NCBI GenBank assembly: GCA_964602995.1
Contig: CAZRTM010000003.1
Span: forward strand, 17,142 to 81,141
Reading direction: 5' to 3'
Origin: an uncultured Ardenticatenaceae bacterium
Lineage (GTDB): Bacteria > Chloroflexota > Anaerolineae > Promineifilales > Promineifilaceae
DNA: 64,000 nucleotides
How positions within the stretch are numbered: the stretch's first letter is position 1; every line of letters begins with the position of its first letter. The notes under the pieces were generated by a model. That model did no database searches, had not been told where the DNA came from, and worked only from the letters and a program-made list of their open reading frames with translations. Made by a program: the position numbers and the translations under genes. This document shows, one piece after another, positions 56,143 through 64,000 of this stretch.

Positions 56143-57159
56143 TTGATACAAATTTGGGTTTCGAAGACCGGCGGCCCCGCCGTGTTGCAGCCGCGAGAGG
56201 CTCCTGACCCCACTCCGCGTAGCGGTGAGGTGCGGATTCGGGTGGAAGCAAGCGGCGTGAATTATGTGGACGTTCTTGGCCGGGCCGGATTGGATTTCAA
56301 TATTGCCCGCGCCCCCTTTGTGCCCGGTTTTGAAGTGGCAGGCACGATAGATATGGTGGCGCAGGGCGTCACTGGCTTCAAAGAAGGAGACTCCGTGCTG
56401 GCCTTCACACACCTGGGCGGCTATACGGATCTGATCTGCGTTCCTTACCGGCAGGTGTTTCGGCGGCTGGATTGGATGAGCGCCGAGGATGGCGCGGCGT
56501 TGCCGGTGGATTATCTAACCGCGTATGTGGCGCTGGTCGTCATGGGCTCTGTGCGCAAAGAAGACAGGGTATTGATTCATGCTGCTGAAAGCGGCGTTGG
56601 TCTGGCGGCGATACATATTTGTCGCATCCTGGGTGTGGAGACATTCGGAACGGCTGCCGCAGCGCGCCATGAATTTCTAAGGTCGCATGGTCTCAACCAT
56701 GCCATTGACCACGCCAATGTGGATTATGAAGAAGCGGTGCGAGAGCTGACCGGTGGGCAGGGAGTAGCCTTGATATTGAATCCCTACGGTGGGGTGCACC
56801 GCATGAAGAATTTCCGGCTTCTGAAACCGACCGGGCGTCTGGTTTACTTTGGGCACCATAACCCGTTCACCAGCGGCCCCAGCCGCTTACCAGGTTGGCT
56901 GCTGCGCTTCACCTCCGATGCCGTTTACACCGCAGAAGATTTGATGAATGCTAACAAGGGGATTCTTGGCCTACGCTTCGACCGGCTGTGGAACGAGCCT
57001 GAGGTGTTACAGCGCCCGATGCAGCAGATTATCGAATGGTACGACGAGGCGCTGTTCCGGCCAGCCATCGAGCGCACTTACCCTCTGACCCGGGCCGCCG
57101 AGGCTCATTTCTACCTGCAAAATGGAGACAATGAAGGGAAGTTGCTGCTGACGCCTTAG
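56143..57159 (+). CDS. MDR-superfamily quinone oxidoreductase (VAT-1-like)
   Basis: GEVRIRVEASGVNYVD and the nucleotide fold AAESGVGLAA. Confidence 0.82.
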   Translation: MIQIWVSKTGGPAVLQPREAPDPTPRSGEVRIRVEASGVNYVDVLGRAGLDFNIARAPFVPGFEVAGTIDMVAQGVTGFKEGDSVLAFTHLGGYTDLICVPYRQVFRRLDWMSAEDGAALPVDYLTAYVALVVMGSVRKEDRVLIHAAESGVGLAAIHICRILGVETFGTAAAARHEFLRSHGLNHAIDHANVDYEEAVRELTGGQGVALILNPYGGVHRMKNFRLLKPTGRLVYFGHHNPFTSGPSRLPGWLLRFTSDAVYTAEDLMNANKGILGLRFDRLWNEPEVLQRPMQQIIEWYDEALFRPAIERTYPLTRAAEAHFYLQNGDNEGKLLLTP

Positions 57160-57171
57160 CTCGAGCGCCCA

Positions 57172-57927
57172 CTACTCACTAGTCCATGTGGCCTTGAGCA
57201 AGGCCGGAAGAACCTCCCCGGCCGGGCCGCGCAAGACGTAGTCCATCCACTGTGAAAGGGCGGTCACCTGGGGATTGATTTCCACTGTGAGCGCCCCTCG
57301 TTCGGCAGCAAGCAGTGGCAGTGATGCAGCAGGATGTACCAACCCTGATGTGCCGATGCAGAGCAGCATCTGGCACTCCTCTACGGCTCTCATAGCCGCG
57401 CTTAGCTCACCCTCGGGCAGCGCCTCGCCAAACCAGACCACGTCCGGGCGAAGGTAGTCACCACAGTGCGGGCAGCGTGGCGGTCCGACCCCATCGCCTG
57501 GCTCCTCATCCCCGGCCGCGATGACCGTCTCTTCGCTGAAGCATTTATTGCGCATGATGTTACCGTGAAGCTCGAGCACATTACGGCTGCCTGCCTGGCG
57601 GTGTAGCCCATCGACATTTTGTGTGACGAGCGTGAAGTGTGGAACCTTCTGCTCCATCTCAGCCAGCGCTCTGTGGCCGGGGTTGGGTGCGGCCTGGGCA
57701 ACGAGGGAACGGCGCCATTCATACCAATCCCAGACCAGAGCCGGGTTACGGCGGAACGCGGCGGCAGTGGCCAGCTCTTGTGGGTCGTACTGTGCCCACA
57801 ACCCGCTTTGTGCATCGCGAAAGGTGGGCACGCCACTCTCGGCGGAGATGCCGGCGCCTGTGAGAGCGACCACGTGCGTGGCGCGGCGCAGGTATGTAAT
57901 CAGCTCAGGAGGAATGTGTGCAGGCAT
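57172..57927 (-). CDS. cobB: NAD-dependent protein deacylase (Sir2 family)
   Basis: GAGISAESGVPTFRD, QNVDGLH and the zinc ribbon C..C...CPHCG. Confidence 0.9.
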   Translation of the reverse strand: MPAHIPPELITYLRRATHVVALTGAGISAESGVPTFRDAQSGLWAQYDPQELATAAAFRRNPALVWDWYEWRRSLVAQAAPNPGHRALAEMEQKVPHFTLVTQNVDGLHRQAGSRNVLELHGNIMRNKCFSEETVIAAGDEEPGDGVGPPRCPHCGDYLRPDVVWFGEALPEGELSAAMRAVEECQMLLCIGTSGLVHPAASLPLLAAERGALTVEINPQVTALSQWMDYVLRGPAGEVLPALLKATWTSE

Positions 57928-57943
57928 AGGCTTGTCTCGCTTA

Positions 57944-59305
57944 TTAGAGGCCGAGGACCAGCCTGGCGATCAGAAAATAGATCAGCAGGGCTGAGGCGTC
58001 GACAATGGTCGTGATCATAGGAGCGCTGATTACAGTGGGATCGATATTCAGCCGCTCGGCGGCCATTGGTACCAGTGTGGCGATGGTGTTGGACCAGATA
58101 ACGACAAGGGGCAGAGTGAGGCCTACGACAATCCCGATTATTAAATCGCCGCCCAGCAGAGCAGCAACAACGAGACCGACCAAACCCAAGAAGAGGCCAA
58201 GAATCAGGCCAACCGAGACCTCCCGTCGCCAGGCACGGCCGACGTCATTGGGCCTGACTTCGTCTACGGCAATGGCGCGGATGACGGTGGTGACCGTTTG
58301 GGAACCGGCGTTGCCGCCCGTGCCGGTGATGAGGGGAATGAAGGCGTTGAGAATGACGAAGGAGGTGAGGAGCATTTCGAAAGAGCGAATGACGGTGCTG
58401 GTGAGCAGGGAGGCTACGAAGAGGAGCAGCAGCCAGACTGCGCGCTTGCGCACCATCTGGAAGACGGAGACGGCGAAGTAGGGATTGGCCAGAGGCTCTG
58501 AACCACCAAGCCGTTGAATATCCTCGGTAGCTTCTTCTGCCAGAACGTCCAATGCGTCGTCAACGGTAACGACGCCAAGGAGGTGGTTCTGTTCATCGAC
58601 GATGGGCATGGCTACAAAGTCGTAACGCGAGATGAATTCGGCCAGTTCCTCCTGGTCGGCGGTCACCGGCACAGAGACCACGTCGGGCATCATAATGCTG
58701 TCGATGGTTGCTTCCGGCTTGGCGACAATGAGGCTGCGGATGGGCACAACGCCAATGAGATGATTGTCGCGGTCGACGACGTAGAGATAATGGAGCGTTT
58801 CCGCTTCTTCGAGCGAACGTAGATAGTCAATCGCTTCCGCGGCCGTCCATTGGCGGCGCAAGGCAGCGATTTGAGTGGTCATGATACGACCGGCTGTCTC
58901 ATCCGCATATTGTAATAGCTCGCGGACATCCTCAGCCTCAGAGGGTTCCATCAACTCCAGCAAGCGATCTGCTGTCGGTTCTGGTAGGTCCTCCAGGAAT
59001 TCCGCCGCGTCGTCCATGGGCAGCTCGTCCAGCAAGTCGGCGAGCCGTTCATCATCTACTTTTTCCAGCAGCTCCTGGCGCACAAGGGTCCCGGTTTCGT
59101 CGAGGACCTCACTCGCCGTTTCAACGCTGAGAAGGTTGAACAAAACGACTGCTTCTTCTGGTTGCAGGTCATCAAGCAGGTCAGCAATGTCCGCCGGATG
59201 GATTTCTGCCAGGCGAGCGGCAAGCTCAGGCAGGTCTCGCTGCTGGATCAAAGCACGAAGTTCCGCAATAAATTCACCGGCAGTTGGTTGTTCGGGTATG
59301 CTCAT
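57944..59305 (-). CDS. mgtE: Magnesium transporter MgtE
   Basis: N-domain, tandem CBS domains and a C-terminal TM domain (GNAGSQ). The second ATG (59305) has a proper SD, GGGAGG. Confidence 0.92.
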   Translation of the reverse strand: MSIPEQPTAGEFIAELRALIQQRDLPELAARLAEIHPADIADLLDDLQPEEAVVLFNLLSVETASEVLDETGTLVRQELLEKVDDERLADLLDELPMDDAAEFLEDLPEPTADRLLELMEPSEAEDVRELLQYADETAGRIMTTQIAALRRQWTAAEAIDYLRSLEEAETLHYLYVVDRDNHLIGVVPIRSLIVAKPEATIDSIMMPDVVSVPVTADQEELAEFISRYDFVAMPIVDEQNHLLGVVTVDDALDVLAEEATEDIQRLGGSEPLANPYFAVSVFQMVRKRAVWLLLLFVASLLTSTVIRSFEMLLTSFVILNAFIPLITGTGGNAGSQTVTTVIRAIAVDEVRPNDVGRAWRREVSVGLILGLFLGLVGLVVAALLGGDLIIGIVVGLTLPLVVIWSNTIATLVPMAAERLNIDPTVISAPMITTIVDASALLIYFLIARLVLGL

Positions 59306-59556
59306 ACTGCCTCCCATTACCTAACGATTCTACGACAGGTATAGGTTGCCGTTGAATTCGTAGTATGATTTATGTACCTATGATTCATGACCTCAGCGTG
59401 GAGGCAGGAGAGAAAAACCACGCTGAGTAACCGGGTGAATTATAGCGGAGTGTGCTAGGATAAGATAGCAGTTTTTTTCCAGGCCCGGCCAAGTAGGGGG
59501 GCGTGCGGTGCAATGGATAGACGAAATCGTCGTATCGGACAGCAAGGAGAATAGAG

Positions 59557-60408
59557 GTGCATTATTTTCTGTACGGCCTGAACAGCCTGCTTATGATCTT
59601 TCTACCATTGCTCATTGCCAATGCAATTCACCGGCGCTACCGACCGAGCTGGGGGCTGTTCGGTATTGGCGCGGTGACGTTCATTGCGTCGCAGGTGCTC
59701 CATATTCCGTTCAACGCAGCTGTGGAAAGAAGCGGCGTGTTACCAGACCCCATGGCTGGAACCGTAAGCCTTCTGTTGGTTGCCCTTTTCTATGGCCTAT
59801 CGGCCGGCGTTTTCGAGGAAGTGGCGCGTTATCTTACCATGCGCTTTTGGGCAAAGGATGCCCGTTCGCCGCGCCATGCGCTCATGCTGGGCGCCGGACA
59901 TGGCGGCATTGAGGCAATTCTGCTCGGACTTATCACTCTGGTGAATATGAGCGTTCTGTTTGGCATCAATCTCGGCTACTTTACGTCGCTGATTCCACCC
60001 GAGGCGCTGACTGAGGTACAGGAGCAGGCGTCAATCCTGCTTAGTGCGCCTTTGTGGACCACGCTGTTGGGGGCGCTAGAGCGGCTGTTTGCCATTACGG
60101 CCCATATTGCAATGTCCCTTATGGTGTTGAAAGCGGTTCGAGGTCGCGTTTACTGGTTGGGTATTGCCATCCTGTGGCATACACTGCTCAACGCCAGCGC
60201 TGTTTTTGTTCAGGTGCGGTTCGGTGGGGTGTCTGCGGAGATCCCCATTGCTATTATGGCCGTACTGAGCGCTCTTCTAATATGGCGTTGGGTTCAGGAG
60301 GAGGAAGCGCCCGCCGACGAAGCGCCAGAACCGATTGAGCTTCCCGATCCTGGCCGGGTGGAGCCTGAGGTGACAGCCGAGAAGGTGGATGATAGCCGCT
60401 ACCAGTAG
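59557..60408 (+). CDS. YhfC-family (CPBP-like) intramembrane metalloprotease
   Basis: Polytopic membrane protein with the FEEVARY glutamate motif and a downstream His-containing helix (AITAHIAM). Confidence 0.7.
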   Translation: MHYFLYGLNSLLMIFLPLLIANAIHRRYRPSWGLFGIGAVTFIASQVLHIPFNAAVERSGVLPDPMAGTVSLLLVALFYGLSAGVFEEVARYLTMRFWAKDARSPRHALMLGAGHGGIEAILLGLITLVNMSVLFGINLGYFTSLIPPEALTEVQEQASILLSAPLWTTLLGALERLFAITAHIAMSLMVLKAVRGRVYWLGIAILWHTLLNASAVFVQVRFGGVSAEIPIAIMAVLSALLIWRWVQEEEAPADEAPEPIELPDPGRVEPEVTAEKVDDSRYQ

Positions 60409-60451
60409 TAATTTCTATGAAGCCGTATATTCAGGATGAACGAGATTAGAA

Positions 60452-61357
60452 ATGATCCATGCCGAAAATTTGACTAAGGAGTTTGATGGACATGTAGCGG
60501 TCGAGCGGCTTTCGCTGGATATCCCGGCAGGTGAAGTGTTCGGGTTCCTGGGGCCGAATGGGGCAGGTAAGACAACGACGGTACGTATGTTGGTCAGCCT
60601 TATCGCTCCCACCAGTGGCACAGCAACTGTCGCCGGTTATCGCCTGGGGGAGGACGATCGCGAGATCCGGCGCCACGTGGGAATCCTGACCGAAGCGCCG
60701 GGATTGTATGAACGGTTGAGCGCCGAGCGCAATCTGCAAATCTATGCCCATCTCTATGAAGTGGAGGATGTGGCGGGGCAGGTTGAGAAGTATCTGCGTA
60801 CGCTTGGCCTCTGGGAGCGGCGGACTGATGCAGCGGGGACGTTTAGCAAGGGGATGAAACAGAAGCTGAGTATTGCTCGGGCGCTTTTGCATGAACCGGC
60901 TGTTATGTTTCTTGACGAGCCAACCTCGGGATTGGATCCGGAAGCGGCCAAGCTGGTTCGTGATTTTGTGAGCGATCTGCGCGACCAGGGGCGGACGATT
61001 TTTATGTGCACGCACAACCTTGACGAGGCGGAAAGATTGTGTGATCGCATTGCAGTCTTTAATAGAACATTGCGGGTGGTAGACACACCTGCTGGTCTGA
61101 GGCGGCGACTTTACGGAAGGCAGGTTGTCTTTCACCTTGCTGATCCAGCACAACCTTTCCTGGGAGAGCTGCAAGAGCTGGTGTATGTCAAAGAAGTGCA
61201 GGCGCTGGATAATAAGCTCATCGTTGCCCTGGATGAGCCGGAAGTGCATAACCCGGAGATGATTCGCATTCTGGTTGGAGCGGGCGCGAATATTCAGTTT
61301 GTGGGCGAGATCAGACATTCCCTGGAAGACATCTACCTGCAACTGGTTGGGACCTGA
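60452..61357 (+). CDS. ABC transporter ATP-binding protein (ABC-2 exporter type)
   Basis: GPNGAGKTT, FSKGMKQKLSIARAL and MFLDEPTSGLD. Confidence 0.9.
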   Translation: MIHAENLTKEFDGHVAVERLSLDIPAGEVFGFLGPNGAGKTTTVRMLVSLIAPTSGTATVAGYRLGEDDREIRRHVGILTEAPGLYERLSAERNLQIYAHLYEVEDVAGQVEKYLRTLGLWERRTDAAGTFSKGMKQKLSIARALLHEPAVMFLDEPTSGLDPEAAKLVRDFVSDLRDQGRTIFMCTHNLDEAERLCDRIAVFNRTLRVVDTPAGLRRRLYGRQVVFHLADPAQPFLGELQELVYVKEVQALDNKLIVALDEPEVHNPEMIRILVGAGANIQFVGEIRHSLEDIYLQLVGT

Positions 61358-61366
61358 GGTGTATAG

Positions 61367-62152
61367 ATGGACAAGGTGAAGACGATTATCTGGAAGGAGT
61401 GGGCGGAGGTATTTAAGAACCGCCTGGTGCTGTTTAGCGTGGGTTTTTTGCCCCTGCTGTTTGTGGCCTTGCCGGTTATCACCTTGCTGGTGGGCGGAGA
61501 TCCTGGCGCTGCTCCCAGTGGGATGGAAGAGACGCTGCCGGGCACTGAAGCGCTCTGCGAAGGGCTGACTGCGGCTGAATGTACTCAGATTTACTTACTA
61601 AACCTCTACGCGTTTATGTTCATGATCTTGCCGGTGGCGATACCAGTCACAATCGCCGCCTATAGCATCGTGGGCGAGAAGACGACGCGCAGCCTGGAAC
61701 CTCTGCTGGCGACGCCGATTACGACAGAAGAGTTGTTGGCCGGCAAGGCGCTGGCGGCGATTATTCCGGCGCTGGTTGCTACCTGGCTGAGCTATGGCCT
61801 GTATGTCGCTGCAACTGCCTTCATCGTTGGAGAGAACGGAGTGCGCTTTTTGCTCGAACCGCTCTGGTTGCTGGCGATCTTCGTTGTTGGCCCTCTGCTG
61901 ACCTTGTTGGCGGTGAGCATTGCCATGATGGTCTCATCGCGTGTCTCTGACCCGCGGGTGGCGGAACAGTTGTCGATGTTTATCATCCTGCCGGTGATAG
62001 TGGGTATCATTGGCCAGTCGGTGGGGCTGGTGCTCATTGACCGCGAAATCGTGTTGATTGTGGCCGTTGTTGTGGCTGTTATTGACGTTATCTTGCTTTT
62101 CATTGGTGTCAGAGCATTTCAACGAGAGACGATTCTAACGCGGTGGAAATAG
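61367..62152 (+). CDS. ABC-2 type transporter permease
   Basis: 261 aa with six TM segments. It follows the ATPase gene after 9 nt. Confidence 0.8.
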   Translation: MDKVKTIIWKEWAEVFKNRLVLFSVGFLPLLFVALPVITLLVGGDPGAAPSGMEETLPGTEALCEGLTAAECTQIYLLNLYAFMFMILPVAIPVTIAAYSIVGEKTTRSLEPLLATPITTEELLAGKALAAIIPALVATWLSYGLYVAATAFIVGENGVRFLLEPLWLLAIFVVGPLLTLLAVSIAMMVSSRVSDPRVAEQLSMFIILPVIVGIIGQSVGLVLIDREIVLIVAVVVAVIDVILLFIGVRAFQRETILTRWK

Positions 62153-62156
62153 GCGT

Positions 62157-62184
62157 TTGCGTCTTTTTTCACGTAAGTTATAAT
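62157..62184 (+). promoter_or_regulatory. Promoter candidate for rpsB-tsf
   Basis: TTGCGT-16 nt-TATAAT, which predicts a leader of about 185 nt. Confidence 0.4.
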
Positions 62185-62373
62185 TACAATGTTGTCTATT
62201 TGTCGACAACGAAAACACACATGCTTGGACCAGCCTGGGTGTGCTTACATCGTATCGCTTGAACCGTCCACAGGTCACCCCCCGGACGGGTAAAGCGGAT
62301 ACGCAGGCCGTGTAAGTTCTGGGCCGGGATGAAGAGCATGGAAGCCTAAAACAATAAAAGGAGAATAAACCCC

Positions 62374-63252
62374 ATGGCCGTAGTTTCAATGAAAGCACTG
62401 CTGGAAACCGGCGTGCATTTTGGACACAGAACGCGCCGTTGGAACCCGAAGATGAAACCTTACATCTTCACGGAGCGCAACGGCATTCACATTTTAGACC
62501 TACAACAGACCCTCTATATGATAGAGGAAGCGTATAATCTGGTGCGCGACACCGTCGCCGACGGCGGAACGGTCCTGTTTGTTGGCACCAAGCGCCAGGC
62601 TCAGGACACCATTGCTCGCGAAGCAACACGGGCGCGCCAGCCATACGTCAACCAGCGCTGGCTGGGTGGGACGCTGACCAACTGGCAGACAATTCGCCAG
62701 CGTATTAAGTATCTGGACGAGTTGGAGCAGCGCCGCAACGAAGGTGAGTTTGATCGCCTGAAGAAGAAAGAGCGCCTGATGTTGGAGCGCGAAATCGAAA
62801 AGCTGTTGCTGCGCCTGGGTGGTATCCGCGAGATGTCGAGCCTTCCTGATCTGCTGTTCGTTATCGATGTTAATAACGAAGAGACGGCAGTTCGAGAAGC
62901 CAACATTCTGGGCATTCCGGTTATTGCCATGGTCGATACCAACTGCGATCCGGACGTGATCGATTATATTATTCCCTCCAATGATGATGCGATTCGGGCC
63001 ATCAAGCTGATCACCAGCAAGATGGCTGATGCCGCTTTGGAAGGGCTTGCGATGCGCGAAGAGTCGCTGGTGGATGAGGTTCGCGGCTACGATTACGACG
63101 AAGATGAAGACGTCGTCTACGGTGACGATTACGATGAAGATTTGACCGATGAAGAGCTGTTGGGCGCCGCCACGCTGGCCAAGATTCGCGAGGCCGAGGA
63201 AGCAGCCACTACAGCATCTGCAGCGGAAGAGGATCTGGACGAAGAAGAGTAG
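62374..63252 (+). CDS. rpsB: 30S ribosomal protein S2 with acidic C-terminal extension
   Basis: [19 protein letters not shown] and a full S2 core, followed by a D/E-rich tail of about 45 aa. Confidence 0.95.
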   Translation: MAVVSMKALLETGVHFGHRTRRWNPKMKPYIFTERNGIHILDLQQTLYMIEEAYNLVRDTVADGGTVLFVGTKRQAQDTIAREATRARQPYVNQRWLGGTLTNWQTIRQRIKYLDELEQRRNEGEFDRLKKKERLMLEREIEKLLLRLGGIREMSSLPDLLFVIDVNNEETAVREANILGIPVIAMVDTNCDPDVIDYIIPSNDDAIRAIKLITSKMADAALEGLAMREESLVDEVRGYDYDEDEDVVYGDDYDEDLTDEELLGAATLAKIREAEEAATTASAAEEDLDEEE

Positions 63253-63387
63253 TCAACGCGCCTTTGTTATGGGGCGCGCTCGGACATAGGTAAGCAATGT
63301 ATGCTGGACGGGATGTCTGGCATTAACAAGTGGCCGGTGTCCTTATCAGACGCCGGTCACTTATTGTAAGCAGGGAGATAGGATTAT

Positions 63388-63990
63388 ATGGCTATTACAG
63401 TTGAGATGATTCGTAAATTGCGTGAGGTCACCGGCGCCGGTGTCCTGGACGCTAAGAAGGCATTGGAAGCAAGCGCAGGGGATTTCGAAAAGGCGGTTGA
63501 CGCCTTGCGCGAGAAAGGGTTGGCTCGGGCCGAGAAGCGTTCCGACCGGGCGGCAAACGAGGGCCTCATTGAGATGTACTCGCACCTGGCCAATCGTGTA
63601 GGCGTTATGGTCGAGGTCAATTGTGAGACTGACTTCGTGGCGCGTAACGAGCAGTTTAAAGAGCTGGCCCATGACATTGCTCTGCATATTGCGGCGGCGG
63701 ATCCCAAGTATCTTTCTCGTGAAGACGTGCCCCAGGCTGACCTGGACCGTGAGGCTGAGGTGTTACGCGCGCAGGCCAGGGCAGAGGGAAAGCCTGAAGA
63801 TGTCGTGGAAAAGGTTGTCCAGGGCCGTTTAAACAAGTTTTACAAAGACTTCGTCTTGCTTGAGCAACCATTTATTAAAGATGAAAGCGTGACGGTGGGA
63901 GACCTGGTCAACAATGCCATCGCCGTCATCGGCGAGAACATTATCGTGCGCCGCTTCGTTCGCTATGAACTGGGCGAGGCCATTGACTGA
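63388..63990 (+). CDS. tsf: Elongation factor Ts (short form)
   Basis: MIRKLREVTGAGVLDAKKAL UBA-like N-terminus and VEVNCETDFVARN. Confidence 0.95.
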   Translation: MAITVEMIRKLREVTGAGVLDAKKALEASAGDFEKAVDALREKGLARAEKRSDRAANEGLIEMYSHLANRVGVMVEVNCETDFVARNEQFKELAHDIALHIAAADPKYLSREDVPQADLDREAEVLRAQARAEGKPEDVVEKVVQGRLNKFYKDFVLLEQPFIKDESVTVGDLVNNAIAVIGENIIVRRFVRYELGEAID

Positions 63991-64000
63991 GTTAGTTAAG

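Noticed and set aside
59306-59450. M-box (ykoK) Mg2+ riboswitch upstream of mgtE.
   Set aside because: I could not find the conserved blocks I remember (GGUGAGGC, CAACAG, ACAGUGCUAAAGCUCUACG) in the correct order, and the leader is shorter than a typical M-box. It is reported only as an unclassified structured leader. A covariance-model scan is needed.

Overview
GC-rich chromosomal window with about 60 densely packed protein-coding genes. I found no rRNA, tRNA or CRISPR array. TrmFO, a HemQ-type haem pathway, leaderless-looking promoters and a short EF-Ts suggest a monoderm lineage such as Chloroflexota; this is inference only. Gene blocks in order: (1) 1-16.7 kb, housekeeping and envelope genes: topA 3' end, an ABC importer without a binding protein, an RseP-like protease, trmFO, hflX, peptidases and an FHA-GAF histidine kinase. 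(2) 16.7-27.8 kb, minus strand: a contiguous haem locus encoding every step from glutamyl-tRNA to haem b by the coproporphyrin-dependent route (hemY / HTH regulator-hemA-hemCD fusion-hemB-hemQ-hemE-hemH-hemL). (3) 28-31 kb: an acyl-CoA dehydrogenase and prfC. (4) 31.1-43.3 kb, minus strand: a glycerol/dihydroxyacetone super-operon (dhaR-like regulator; glpF-dhaK-dhaL-glpK-glpA-like-sdhB-like-sdhC-like-sdhD-like-dhaM::HPr::EI). Its glycerol-3-phosphate dehydrogenase flavoprotein appears to be attached to succinate-dehydrogenase-type Fe-S and membrane subunits instead of GlpB/GlpC. This is my top candidate for an undescribed system. (5) 43.4-47.1 kb: an M23/C45 peptidase pair, a GNAT and a HAD hydrolase. 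(6) 47.1-47.9 kb: an unusual non-coding island with tandem terminators, a well-signalled 30-codon ORF, a MITE-like inverted-repeat element flanked by 9-bp direct repeats, and a consensus orphan promoter. (7) 48.5-52.6 kb: a receiver-GNAT-PLP dehydratase-(2-hydroxyacid dehydrogenase::ParB/Srx) cluster. (8) 52.7-64 kb: a GT39-like glycosyltransferase, DtxR, a quinone oxidoreductase, a sirtuin, mgtE with a structured leader, YhfC plus an ABC-2 exporter, and rpsB-tsf. All functional calls come from reading motifs in the supplied translations; no database search was possible.
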